From IMG/VR virus record IMGVR_UViG_3300042566_001028, positions 1 to 64,000 of that record: DNA of 64,000 bases. One strand, written 5' to 3'. The position numbers and the translations under genes are program-made. Shown here one piece after another: positions 10,536 to 20,575 of this stretch. Origin of the DNA: a virus (taxonomy: Duplodnaviria > Caudoviricetes). Numbering within the stretch: position 1 is the stretch's first letter; each line of letters opens with the position of its first letter. The notes beneath the pieces were generated by a model that was given only the letters and a program-made list of their open reading frames with translations, was not told the DNA's origin and made no database searches.

Positions 10536-11322
10536 GTTATATTGTGATACAAGTAGAGTATCAATTAGAGAAATCAGTTCGGCAGTTGCGAAAGAGATTA
10601 TAGTTAAGAAACACTATACGCACGCATGGACGGCTTGTAGATACGCATTGGGAATATTTTATAGAACGGATGAGTCAAACGCAGTTGGTGATAATCATAA
10701 ACTTATAGGATGTTTAGTTTATGGTTTTCCAGTAGGAGCTAGAGCATCAACATCAGTTTGTGAAGGTTTAACCAAAGATAACATTTTAGAATTGACAAGA
10801 TTGTATTGTGATGATGGATATGGTTCAAATATTGAGTCATATGCATTAGGACAATCGTTTAAGTGGTTTAGAGAGAATGATAAAGCAATCAAAGTTTTAA
10901 TATCATACGCAGATAACGGACAAGAACATTTAGGAGGTATTTATCAGGCAACCAATTGGATTTATCAAGGAATGAATACCGATATTGCACTAATGCCAAA
11001 TTACGGAATATCACTTTCAAATGACCCTTACAAATGGATACATAGTAGAACTGTGTTTTCAATGTGGGGTAGTGGTAATTTAGAAGCATTAAGAGCAGCA
11101 ATTGGAAAGGATGGTTATAAAGAGTTTTGGAGAAGGGAAGAACCACCAAAACATAGATACATACAAATTATAGGAGAGGATAAAAAAGAAAAGAAAGACC
11201 TAAAGAAAAGATTAAAGCACGAAATTAGACCCTATCCTAAAAATACACAGGAATTTAACAAAGCAATTCAACATCACACAACGATAGAGCCTGAAACCGA
11301 TATTAAGACAAAGTTTTGGTAA
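10519..11322 (+). CDS. Mom-family DNA adenine modification protein (paralog)
   Basis: KKHYT, ELTRL, ISYADN..EHLGGIYQATNWIYQG, KHRY; TTG start; N-terminus nearly identical to the preceding gene. Confidence 0.8.
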   Translation: MKELNKLYCDTSRVSIREISSAVAKEIIVKKHYTHAWTACRYALGIFYRTDESNAVGDNHKLIGCLVYGFPVGARASTSVCEGLTKDNILELTRLYCDDGYGSNIESYALGQSFKWFRENDKAIKVLISYADNGQEHLGGIYQATNWIYQGMNTDIALMPNYGISLSNDPYKWIHSRTVFSMWGSGNLEALRAAIGKDGYKEFWRREEPPKHRYIQIIGEDKKEKKDLKKRLKHEIRPYPKNTQEFNKAIQHHTTIEPETDIKTKFW

Positions 11323-11346
11323 TATCAAATAATTTAAGTATATTAG
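11315..11346 (+). promoter_or_regulatory. Bacteroidota-type promoter
   Basis: TTTGG 11315, TATATTAG 11339, ATG at 11351. Confidence 0.75.
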
Positions 11347-11350
11347 ACAT

Positions 11351-12553
11351 ATGAAATTTTGGGACACAGGAACGGAAATAAAAAAGACAGACGCATTTGA
11401 TTTTGAGAGAAGTAAAAGAGAGTTAATTGAAAACTTAGATTACTTATTCGCAATGACGGTGCAAGAACAAACCCTTTATAAGAAGTGGTTAGAATGGAAT
11501 GAAGATTTGCATGCAAGTATGAAATTACTGCCGGCACTTCACCAACAATATGATAAGATTTGGGAACCGAAAGACTTATTAGACAAAGAGGAAACAATCA
11601 AAGAAATCCAAGAGATGCAACCCTATGTTGAATTAGTTGGGGAAGGTGATGAAGCAACTCGTTGGACATATGTTAGAAAGTTAATCAGTTCAATGGAGTT
11701 TACACCGAATCCAGGTCGTAATGTTAAAGCATATGTAAAGGATAGAGTTAGTGGAAAAATATTAGGTGTTATCAGTTTAGGTAGTGATATTACCTCATTG
11801 GGTGTTAGAGATGAATTCATTGGTTGGACAAAGGAGGATAAGTTCAATGGTGGTAAATTAAACTGTACGGCAATTGGAACATCAATCATCGCAACTCAAC
11901 CATTGGGATATAACTTTTTAGGTGGTAAATTGGTATCAGCATTGACAACCTCACCTACATTTAGACAAGAGTGGAAAGATAAATACAAAAATACATTAGT
12001 AGCAGTTGGAACGACATCATTATATGGTATTCATTCACAATACAATGGTATTCCACATTTCAAAACATTGGGTGAAAGTAAAGGTAAAATCAGTATCAAA
12101 CCCGATGATAAGTTTTATGATGTATGGCACCATTGGTTACAAGAAAATAGAGCCGATTGGTATAGAGACCAAATTGAATTAGCATCGGCAGATAAGTCCG
12201 GCCCAGTTAGTGGAGTTAAACAAAAGATATTAGGACAAATATTCAAAGAATTGGGAATTAAATCGGATGCATATCATCATGGATTCAAGAGAGGTGTATA
12301 TTTTGCACCAATGTATGAGAATGGTAATGATTATCTATGTTCTAAAATTGATGAGGATAAATTGATAATGAAACCAAAGTTTGCACAAGGTGATGAATAT
12401 ACAATCAAATGGTGGAAAGAAAAAGCAATCAAGCGATATTCTAAATTACACGAAGAAGGCAGATTGAAACCAGAAAAGTTATTCTATGCAGACGCAATCG
12501 GTTTAACTTGGGAGGAAATGAAAGACAAATTTTTAGCAGACGTAGGTAGATAA
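11351..12553 (+). CDS. DUF4338 / DruA-like protein (long form)
   Basis: PGRN, RDEFIGW, PLGYNFLGGKL, TTSLYG..SQYNG and HGFKRGVY motifs. Confidence 0.75.
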   Translation: MKFWDTGTEIKKTDAFDFERSKRELIENLDYLFAMTVQEQTLYKKWLEWNEDLHASMKLLPALHQQYDKIWEPKDLLDKEETIKEIQEMQPYVELVGEGDEATRWTYVRKLISSMEFTPNPGRNVKAYVKDRVSGKILGVISLGSDITSLGVRDEFIGWTKEDKFNGGKLNCTAIGTSIIATQPLGYNFLGGKLVSALTTSPTFRQEWKDKYKNTLVAVGTTSLYGIHSQYNGIPHFKTLGESKGKISIKPDDKFYDVWHHWLQENRADWYRDQIELASADKSGPVSGVKQKILGQIFKELGIKSDAYHHGFKRGVYFAPMYENGNDYLCSKIDEDKLIMKPKFAQGDEYTIKWWKEKAIKRYSKLHEEGRLKPEKLFYADAIGLTWEEMKDKFLADVGR

Positions 12554-12561
12554 AATAGCAT

Positions 12562-15117
12562 ATGTATCAAAACATTTATTACGAGAGACAAAAGAATTTA
12601 ATGCATCTTTGGGATGACAAGAATGGGTATCAAACAATGCCATACCGAAAGTATGCATATAAGAAAGACCCGCATGGACAACATCTTTCAATGAATGGTG
12701 AGAAACTAACCCGTATTTCAAAGTGGGAAAAAGATGAAGCGGATGACCTATTTGAAAGTGATGTTCCAGAAACAACAAGAGTATTAGTAGATATTTACGA
12801 TAGTGATATTCCCTCAACAGGACATAGAGTATTGACTTTTGACATTGAGGTTGAAATGATTACCGGACTACCAAACACACGAGAAGCACAAAACGAATTA
12901 ACAGCAATTGCTGCACATGATGGAGCAACAAAACTCTATGATGTATTCGTATTAGATAAAGACAAAACAGTAAAAAATAATGCCAAAAACTTTAGCAAAG
13001 ATGGGAGAGAAGTTACTCTTCACATTTTCGATAACGAGAAAAATCTCTTACTTGCTTTCCTTAATTATTACGAGGAAATTGACCCAACTATTCTTACGGG
13101 ATGGAATATAGATTTCTTTGATATTCCCTACCTTTACAATCGTATTAAAAATGTATGTGGTGAAAGTCATGCAAAAAGACTTTCTAGAATAGGACAATGT
13201 TTCTATTCACCTTATAGAGAAAAGTGGACATTCGGTGGTGTATCTATTTTGGATTACATCAGTTTATATAAACAATATAATTTTGGTTTAGAAAGTTCAT
13301 ATACACTCAATCATATTGCAACAAAAGAATTGGGTAGAGGTAAGGTGGAGTATGAAGGAAGTTTGGATGATTTGTTCGTAAATGATTTGGAAAAATTCAT
13401 TGAGTATAATATTGTCGATGTGGACTTAGTGGTATCAATGGATGAGAAATTAAAGTTTATTGATTTATGTAGGGCTATATGTCACGCTGGATATGTTCCT
13501 TACGAAGATTATATGTTTTCGTCAAAATGGTTAGAGGGTGCTTGTTTAGCATATCTTAAAACAAAAGGTATGGTTGCAACAAACAAACCGGCGGATAGGA
13601 GAGAAAGAATGCAGGCTTTGAGAGATAATGACCAAGAGAAATTTATTGGAGCATATGTAAAAGAACCAATTGTTGGAAAGTATGATTGGATTTATGATTT
13701 GGATTTGACATCACTATATCCATCAATCATTATGACCTTAAATATCTCACCTGAAACAAAGATTGGTAAGATTTCAAATTGGGATGCAGAACAATATATC
13801 AAAGGTGAGGAAATCACATATAAGTTAAAGGGTAAGGATGGTGATGAGTATGAATATAACCGTCAGGAATTAGCAGATGTTATCAAAGATAGTAATTTGG
13901 GTGTAGCAGCTAATGGTGTCCTTTATATGCAAGATAAACCAGGTTTGATTGCGGATATCCTTAATACATGGTTTAACAAAAGAGTTGAATATCGTAAATT
14001 AGAAAAGAAATATGGTGAGGAAAAAAATACTGAATTATATGAGTTCTATGGTAAGAGACAACACGTTCAGAAAATCCTTTTGAACTCAATGTATGGTGTA
14101 TTAGGTCTACCAGCATTCCGTTTCTATGATGTGGATAATGCAGAAGCAGTGACCCTAACAGGACAAGTCGTAATTAAAAAGACGGCTGAAATGGCAAATA
14201 GAAAATATTGGAAAGAATTGGGAACAACCGATGACTATAATGTTTATATTGATACTGACTCAATTTATATGATGGCAGAACCTTTGGTAAAACATAGATA
14301 TCCAGAATATAAGACATTTGATGAAAAGAGGATGGCAGTTGAGGTAGACAATATTGCAACCGAAACACAAACATTCTTAAACTCATTCTACGATTTATTG
14401 GCAGAGAGATTTTTCTTTATTCCAAAAGACAAACATAGATTTGAAATTAAAAAGGAATACATCAGTAAAGCAGGATTTTGGGTAGCAAAGAAACGATATG
14501 CACAATGGATGATTTTGAAAAACGGAATACCATGTGATAAATTGGATGTGAAAGGATTGGATGTAGTTAGAAGTTCATTCCCCAAAGCATTTCAAAAGTT
14601 TATGTCTACAATGTTGAAAGATATTTTAATGGGTAAAGATAATGAATATATAGATGATACTTTATTAACATTTAAGAAAAGTTTACCAACACTACCTGTA
14701 AATACAATTGCAAAAGGTGGAGCATTGAAAGAATTGAGTAAATATGATAATGGCAGTTGGAAAACGGGTGACGCAGTTGCAAACTTTGAGAAAGGGACAC
14801 CTGCACACGTTAAAGCCGGAATAACATACAATAGATTATTAAAGTTCTTTAATTGTCCATATAAGCATGAACCGATTAGAGATGGTGATAAAGTAAAATG
14901 GGTATATCTTAAAGACAATCCATTAGGATTAGAAACAGTTGCATTCAAAGATTATAATGACCCAAAAGAAATTATGGATTTTGTCGAAACCTATGTGGAT
15001 AGAAACAAAATATTTGAAGCAGAATTAGAAAACAAATTGGATGACTTTTATAACGCATTAAAGTGGGATAAAGTCACAGCAGATACAAAAACAGCAAAGA
15101 AATTCTTTGCATTCTAA
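12562..15117 (+). CDS. family B DNA polymerase
   Basis: Exo I FDIE, Exo II GWNIDFFD, DLTSLYPS, KILLNSMYG, YIDTDS, KKRY. Confidence 0.97.
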   Translation: MYQNIYYERQKNLMHLWDDKNGYQTMPYRKYAYKKDPHGQHLSMNGEKLTRISKWEKDEADDLFESDVPETTRVLVDIYDSDIPSTGHRVLTFDIEVEMITGLPNTREAQNELTAIAAHDGATKLYDVFVLDKDKTVKNNAKNFSKDGREVTLHIFDNEKNLLLAFLNYYEEIDPTILTGWNIDFFDIPYLYNRIKNVCGESHAKRLSRIGQCFYSPYREKWTFGGVSILDYISLYKQYNFGLESSYTLNHIATKELGRGKVEYEGSLDDLFVNDLEKFIEYNIVDVDLVVSMDEKLKFIDLCRAICHAGYVPYEDYMFSSKWLEGACLAYLKTKGMVATNKPADRRERMQALRDNDQEKFIGAYVKEPIVGKYDWIYDLDLTSLYPSIIMTLNISPETKIGKISNWDAEQYIKGEEITYKLKGKDGDEYEYNRQELADVIKDSNLGVAANGVLYMQDKPGLIADILNTWFNKRVEYRKLEKKYGEEKNTELYEFYGKRQHVQKILLNSMYGVLGLPAFRFYDVDNAEAVTLTGQVVIKKTAEMANRKYWKELGTTDDYNVYIDTDSIYMMAEPLVKHRYPEYKTFDEKRMAVEVDNIATETQTFLNSFYDLLAERFFFIPKDKHRFEIKKEYISKAGFWVAKKRYAQWMILKNGIPCDKLDVKGLDVVRSSFPKAFQKFMSTMLKDILMGKDNEYIDDTLLTFKKSLPTLPVNTIAKGGALKELSKYDNGSWKTGDAVANFEKGTPAHVKAGITYNRLLKFFNCPYKHEPIRDGDKVKWVYLKDNPLGLETVAFKDYNDPKEIMDFVETYVDRNKIFEAELENKLDDFYNALKWDKVTADTKTAKKFFAF

Positions 15118-15136
15118 AAAATTTATCGTATATTAG
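15106..15136 (+). promoter_or_regulatory. Bacteroidota-type promoter
   Basis: TTTG 15106 and TATATTAG 15129 (19-nt spacer). Confidence 0.6.
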
Positions 15137-15154
15137 TAAAACAAACAATAAAAC

Positions 15155-15868
15155 ATGAACAAAAACAATTTATTAAAATTCATTCAAAAGTATTCACTAG
15201 GTGGACTTATTGAATCAGTAGCGTGGAACGCTGAAGGAACAAAGTTATCAGTTAGATTTATTTCAGATGACAAAACATTATTAGGTGAGGTTGAGTATAA
15301 TGCTTACACTTCTACTCCAATGAATGTGGGTATTTACACAACATCATTATTAAAAAATATGATTGGTGTATTGGACAACGATTTAACATTAAAAGTTGAC
15401 AAAGCAGGTGATAAATCAGTATCATTAAAATTATCATCCGATGAAACGGAAACATCTTATCAATTAGCAGACTTAGGAGTTATTCCACCTGTACCAGATT
15501 TGAAAACATTACCTGATTTTGGTATTTCAATTGATATGGCATCTAATATGATTGACAAGTTTATCAAAGCAAAAGGTGCATTGAGTGATGTAGATACTTT
15601 CACAATCTTTACTGAAGGTGGTGATTTGAAGATGGCAATTGGTTATTCTTCTATCTCTACAAACCGAGTTACATTTACTGCACAAAAAGATTACGCAGAA
15701 ACTGTAAAACCAATTTCTTTCTCTGCAAAGTATTTGAAAGAAATCTTAACAGCAAACAAAGAAGCAACATCAGCAAAATTAAAAGTTTCAACAGATGGTT
15801 TATCAAATGTTGAATTTCAAATTGATGATTTTGTATGTAAATATTATTTAGTAGAAATTTCAAATTAA
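15155..15868 (+). CDS. sliding clamp (gp45/PCNA-like)
   Basis: 237 aa; FSAKYLKEIL and C-terminal KYYL PCNA-like motifs; between polymerase and clamp loader. Confidence 0.75.
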   Translation: MNKNNLLKFIQKYSLGGLIESVAWNAEGTKLSVRFISDDKTLLGEVEYNAYTSTPMNVGIYTTSLLKNMIGVLDNDLTLKVDKAGDKSVSLKLSSDETETSYQLADLGVIPPVPDLKTLPDFGISIDMASNMIDKFIKAKGALSDVDTFTIFTEGGDLKMAIGYSSISTNRVTFTAQKDYAETVKPISFSAKYLKEILTANKEATSAKLKVSTDGLSNVEFQIDDFVCKYYLVEISN

Positions 15869-15873
15869 TAAAA

Positions 15874-16191
15874 ATGAGTAAAGAACAATTAGAATTATTC
15901 CCAACGGAAGTTGGTTATGAATTATCCCCACAAGAAGAAGTAAATATTCCAGAAGCACAACCAATTCAAGACGCAGAATGGTGTTTTCAATTTTTCAATA
16001 ATGAACCAATTGTATTTGCATGGTCAAACGAAGGTGAAGAACCTGCTCCATTGGTTTTACAATTACAACCAAAAGATGGTGAGGGATTAAACTTCCAACA
16101 AAATGGAATGTCTTTTAGAATTTTCCCAAGACCAATTAGTGAAGAAACAAAAAAAGAAAGAGAGAATGTTAGTAAAAGTAAAGAAGCTTAG
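15874..16191 (+). CDS. hypothetical protein
   Basis: 105 aa; N-terminal QLELF resembles a clamp-binding motif. Confidence 0.6.
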   Translation: MSKEQLELFPTEVGYELSPQEEVNIPEAQPIQDAEWCFQFFNNEPIVFAWSNEGEEPAPLVLQLQPKDGEGLNFQQNGMSFRIFPRPISEETKKERENVSKSKEA

Positions 16192-16600
16192 TTCAGACGC
16201 AGTAATTCCAACTTACGCAAAAGATGGAGATGCCGGTATGGATATGGTAACAACCCGTATCATAAACGAAACTTTGGATTCTATTACATACGGAACGGAT
16301 ATTGCAATGGAAATTCCAAAGGGATTTGTAGGATTAGTATTCCCCCGTTCATCTATTAGAAAAACTGGTTTACAATTAAGTAATTCGGTGGGTGTAATAG
16401 ATAGTGGTTATAGAGGTGAAATTCAAGCTACCTTTAAGAAAATTCAAGGAATAACTAATGATGAATTGGACAATTACAAGGTTGGTGATAGAATTTGTCA
16501 AATTATGATTATACCACATCCACCGGTAGTATTTTATGAAGCAGAAGAATTAAATAACACCGAAAGAGGCGCAGGCGGATTCGGTTCAACTGGAAAATAA
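16166..16600 (+). CDS. dut: dUTPase
   Basis: DAGMD, PRSS, GVIDSGYRGEI, GDRICQ, RGAGGFGSTG; start reassigned to ATG 16166. Confidence 0.95.
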   Translation: MLVKVKKLSSDAVIPTYAKDGDAGMDMVTTRIINETLDSITYGTDIAMEIPKGFVGLVFPRSSIRKTGLQLSNSVGVIDSGYRGEIQATFKKIQGITNDELDNYKVGDRICQIMIIPHPPVVFYEAEELNNTERGAGGFGSTGK

Positions 16601-16601
16601 T

Positions 16602-17549
16602 ATGAGTTTTTTCGCAAACGAAAACAATAAAAAAGAACATAGCTTGTGGGTGGAGAAATACCGTCCACAAACTCTTGCTGACTATGTTGGTAATGAAACC
16701 ATCAAAGAAACAATTCAGCAGTATTTAGATGCAAACGATATTCCACATTTATTGTTATACGGAAAAGCAGGTACGGGTAAAACCACACTTGCAAAGTTAA
16801 TCGTAAACACAATCAAATGTGACTTTATGATTATCAACGCATCAGATGAAAACAATGTGGATACCGTAAGAACAAAAGTAAAGAACTTCGCATCATCGGT
16901 TGGATTTGCAGGTTTCAAAGTAATCATCTTAGATGAGTTTGATTATATGACACCGGGAGCACAAGCGATTTTGAGAAACTTAATGGAAACGTTCAGTAAG
17001 CATTGTAGGTTTATCTTAACCTGTAATTACATTGAGAAAATCATTGACCCTATTCAAAGTAGATGTCAGTCTTTCGCAATCACTCCACCGACTAAAAAGG
17101 ATGTAGCAGTTCAGGTAGCAAAGATATTAGATGCTGAAAAGATTAAGTATGAACCAAAGAATATGGCTGATGTGATTAATTCATATTACCCAGATATTAG
17201 AAGGATACTTAATACTTGTCAATTACAATCTGCAAAAGGTGAATTGAAAGTAGACCACAAAATTATGGTTGAGTCAAACTTTGCAAGTAAACTTATTGAG
17301 TTATTGAAATCAAACGATGAAAAACGAAATGTGTTTATGGCAACAAGACAAGCCGTAGCTGATAACAAACTAAACGACTATTCAGAAATGTATACAATGT
17401 TATACGACAAAGTAGATGAATACGCAACCGGAAATGTTGCAAATGTGATTTTAACTATTGCAGATGGTCTTTCAAAAGATGCATTAGTAGTAGATAAGGA
17501 AATCGTATTTATGTCAACAATTATACAAATATTAAACATTATAAAATAA
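16602..17549 (+). CDS. clamp loader AAA+ subunit (RFC small/gp44-like)
   Basis: LWVEKYRP, GKAGTGKTT, NASDE, ILDEFD, IQSRC. Confidence 0.95.
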   Translation: MSFFANENNKKEHSLWVEKYRPQTLADYVGNETIKETIQQYLDANDIPHLLLYGKAGTGKTTLAKLIVNTIKCDFMIINASDENNVDTVRTKVKNFASSVGFAGFKVIILDEFDYMTPGAQAILRNLMETFSKHCRFILTCNYIEKIIDPIQSRCQSFAITPPTKKDVAVQVAKILDAEKIKYEPKNMADVINSYYPDIRRILNTCQLQSAKGELKVDHKIMVESNFASKLIELLKSNDEKRNVFMATRQAVADNKLNDYSEMYTMLYDKVDEYATGNVANVILTIADGLSKDALVVDKEIVFMSTIIQILNIIK

Positions 17550-17553
17550 AAAA

Positions 17554-17793
17554 ATGGAACAAGGACAACAATTACCAGTTAATTTTAAGTTAACTGATGC
17601 AAGAGACATGAATTGCGAATGTGGCAATAATATGTTTATGCAAGGGTATAGATTTAAAAAAGTAAGTAGATTACTTACAGGTGGTGCAAAAGATACGGTT
17701 TTACCTGTTGAAGTGTATATTTGCACACAATGTAGTAAACCATTACAAGATTTATTGCCACAAGAATTGCAAGATACAAAAATTACAGAATAA
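17554..17793 (+). CDS. Zn-ribbon hypothetical protein
   Basis: CECG...CTQC. Confidence 0.6.
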   Translation: MEQGQQLPVNFKLTDARDMNCECGNNMFMQGYRFKKVSRLLTGGAKDTVLPVEVYICTQCSKPLQDLLPQELQDTKITE

Positions 17794-18242
17794 TGGCAGC
17801 AAAATTGTTTGACCATATCAATGCAATAACTACCATACAAGACCCAAAGTATTTTGACAAACTATCCGATGAGGATGTTAAGACTTGGAGTAATTTTATG
17901 ATAAATAGATTTCTATCAATGAAGCCTGAATGGGTTGAGTTGGTAGCATCTCTATTGCCTTTAACACAAACTCTACAACCAAAAGAAATGTATAAGTTGT
18001 ATATTAGTGTTATTCCAAAAGGTAAATACTTTTTAAAATACATAAAAGGAAAATCAGAAGATAAATACGAACAATTCATAGTTGACTTACTAAAGAAAGA
18101 ATATGATTGTTCAGAAAACCAAGCAATTGAGTATTTAGAAGTTCTTTATTCAACAAGAGAAGGTAGAGAATATATGAAATATGTTTGTGAAAAATATGGT
18201 ATAGATAAAAAACAAATAACTAAATTGAAACTTAAGATATAA
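17793..18242 (+). CDS. putative clamp loader small subunit (gp62-like)
   Basis: FMINRFLSM, IPKGKYFLKYIK and QAIEYL motifs; position after the RFC subunit. Confidence 0.6.
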   Translation: MAAKLFDHINAITTIQDPKYFDKLSDEDVKTWSNFMINRFLSMKPEWVELVASLLPLTQTLQPKEMYKLYISVIPKGKYFLKYIKGKSEDKYEQFIVDLLKKEYDCSENQAIEYLEVLYSTREGREYMKYVCEKYGIDKKQITKLKLKI

Positions 18243-18274
18243 TTTGGTAAATCCAATTATTTGTCTTATATTAC
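18243..18274 (+). promoter_or_regulatory. Bacteroidota-type promoter
   Basis: TTTGG 18243 and TATATTAC 18267. Confidence 0.75.
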
Positions 18275-18281
18275 AGTTATT

Positions 18282-19166
18282 ATGGCAAGAGTATCATTTT
18301 CACAATATAGTATGTGGCATAGTTGTCCACAACAATACAAATTAGCATACATAGATAAGTTAGGTGAATCATCATCAAATATTCATTCAATCTTTGGAAC
18401 TGCAATGCATGAGACACTCCAAAACTATTTGGAGAAGTGTTTAAGAATATCAAAGTCACAAGCTGACAAAATGATTGACTTAAAGGAATATCTAAAAGAA
18501 AGAATGAGAGATTCGTATCTTAAAGAAACTGAGGGGGAAATAGGCAATACAACAATATGCACCAAAGAAGAAATGGTGGAGTTTTTAGAAGATGGAAATG
18601 TCTTATTAGATTGGTTTCAAAAACCCAAAAACTTTAACAAATTCTTTTCGTTAAAACACGATGAGTTGGTAGCAATTGAACAACCCATAAACACAAAGAT
18701 TTCGGAGAATGTAAACTTTATGGGTTTTATAGATTTGATTATCAGAGATACCTTTACAGGCAGATATAGAATCATTGACTTTAAAACTTCTACAAGAGGT
18801 TGGAGTAAATATCAAAAATCAGACCCAGTTAAAAGTGCACAAATTCTTTTATACAAAAAGTTCTATGCCGAATTGATTGGTATTTCCGAAGATGTGATTG
18901 ATGTTGAATTTATCATATTGAAAAGAAAAGTAGAAGTAAGAGAGGATATCCCAACACATAGAATTAGTAAACATATACCTGCAAATGGTAAGGTATCGGT
19001 GAATAAGGCCTGGAAGGGTTTTACCGAGTTTGTAGAGAGTGTATTTGACAAAGATGGTAATTATAGAACCGATATAGAATTCCCAAAGAACGCAACCAAA
19101 CTATGTGAATGGTGTGAGTTTTTTGATAGAGGAATATGTGATAGAGGATTAAAAAATTTAAATTAA
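18282..19166 (+). CDS. PD-(D/E)XK nuclease (RecB/Cas4-like, probable Fe-S)
   Basis: SFSQ..W..CP, GTAMH, GFIDL, IIDFKT, QILLY, CEWCEF...C; start reassigned to ATG 18282. Confidence 0.85.
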   Translation: MARVSFSQYSMWHSCPQQYKLAYIDKLGESSSNIHSIFGTAMHETLQNYLEKCLRISKSQADKMIDLKEYLKERMRDSYLKETEGEIGNTTICTKEEMVEFLEDGNVLLDWFQKPKNFNKFFSLKHDELVAIEQPINTKISENVNFMGFIDLIIRDTFTGRYRIIDFKTSTRGWSKYQKSDPVKSAQILLYKKFYAELIGISEDVIDVEFIILKRKVEVREDIPTHRISKHIPANGKVSVNKAWKGFTEFVESVFDKDGNYRTDIEFPKNATKLCEWCEFFDRGICDRGLKNLN

Positions 19167-19191
19167 ACAATATATATTTTAAAAATAAGTT

Positions 19192-20574
19192 ATGGCAAAA
19201 AAGAAGATTCTGTTATTATCAGATGACTTAAGAATGGCAAGTGGTATTGCTAATGTTTCTAAGCAATTAGTATTAGGAACAGTCGATAAATATGATTGGG
19301 TTCAATTAGGAGCAGCAATCAAACATCCAGAAGCGGGTAGAGTATTGGATTTAAATGAAGATGTTAGAAAACAAACTGGCGTAAAAGATGCAAGTGTTAA
19401 AATATACCCATTTGATGGTTATGGAAATCCGGATATAATTAGACAATTATTAATGACAGAACGTCCTGATGCAATCTTACACTTTACTGACCCAAGATAT
19501 TGGATTTGGTTATATGAAATTGAGCATGAAATTAGACAATCGGTTCCATTATTCTTTTATCACATTTGGGATGATTTACCAGACCCAAAATATAATAGAA
19601 ATTATTACGAAAGTTGTGATTGGATTGGGTGTATTTCAAAGCAAACATATGGTATTACTCGTAGAGTTTGGGGATGGGATAAGGAAAAACATTGGGAAAA
19701 GCCAGCAGATTGGCAAGTAAGTTATGTCCCACATGGTATCAATTCGGATTTATACAAACCAATTGAAGTTCCTAAAGAATTCAAAAAAGAAATTTTTGGC
19801 GATAAAGAATATGATTTTGTATTGTATTGGAATAATAGAAACATTCGTAGAAAACAACCGATTGATGTTATTTTAGCATTTGATAAATTTGTAGAAGCAT
19901 TGGCACCTGAACATAGAGATAAAGTATGTTTATTGATGCATACACAACCTGTGGAAGAACATGGAACGGATTTACCAAGAACAATTGCAGAATGTTGCTC
20001 ACCTGAAACAAATGTAGTATTTGCACCAAATAGATATACCGAAGAACAATTGAACTATCTTTATAATATTGGTGATGTAACAATCAATGTTGCATCCAAC
20101 GAAGGATTTGGATTGGCAACTGCAGAATCAGTAATGGCTGGAACTCCTATTATTGTAACTGTCACCGGTGGATTACAAGACCAATGTGGATTTAGAGATA
20201 AAGGTACCGGTAAATTGGCAACCGCTGAAGATTATGTTGAAATTGGTTCTTTACACGATAGACATAAAAAGGCGGGTGTAGTTTGGGGAGATTGGGTTAA
20301 ACCAATCTGGCCAGTTCGTTCAACAACAGGTTCGGTTCCTACTCCATACATTTTTGACGATAGAGTTGATTTTGAAGATATCAGTCCTTTAATTATGGAT
20401 TGGTATAAAATGCCAAAAGAAGATAGAGAAGCTGCCGGATTGAAAGGTAGAAAACACTTTTTAGGTGAAGGTAAATTAAGTAGAGAAGCAATGTGTGATT
20501 CATTAGTTGAAGGCATGGATGGGGCATTTGCAAATTGGAAACCAAAACAAAAATTTAAATTAATAGAGTTATAG
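19192..20574 (+). CDS. glycosyltransferase (GT4/GT-B)
   Basis: SGIANV, VPHGIN, NRNIRRK, NEGFGLATAESVMAGTPII. Confidence 0.9.
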   Translation: MAKKKILLLSDDLRMASGIANVSKQLVLGTVDKYDWVQLGAAIKHPEAGRVLDLNEDVRKQTGVKDASVKIYPFDGYGNPDIIRQLLMTERPDAILHFTDPRYWIWLYEIEHEIRQSVPLFFYHIWDDLPDPKYNRNYYESCDWIGCISKQTYGITRRVWGWDKEKHWEKPADWQVSYVPHGINSDLYKPIEVPKEFKKEIFGDKEYDFVLYWNNRNIRRKQPIDVILAFDKFVEALAPEHRDKVCLLMHTQPVEEHGTDLPRTIAECCSPETNVVFAPNRYTEEQLNYLYNIGDVTINVASNEGFGLATAESVMAGTPIIVTVTGGLQDQCGFRDKGTGKLATAEDYVEIGSLHDRHKKAGVVWGDWVKPIWPVRSTTGSVPTPYIFDDRVDFEDISPLIMDWYKMPKEDREAAGLKGRKHFLGEGKLSREAMCDSLVEGMDGAFANWKPKQKFKLIEL

Positions 20575-20575
20575 T

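Noticed and set aside
9037-12553. Complete Druantia defence system
   Set aside because: Only DruA-like domains are present; there is no DruE helicase or other dru gene in the window.
18282-19166. CRISPR-Cas locus around the Cas4-like nuclease
   Set aside because: No repeat-spacer array or other cas gene; stand-alone PD-(D/E)XK nucleases are common in phages.
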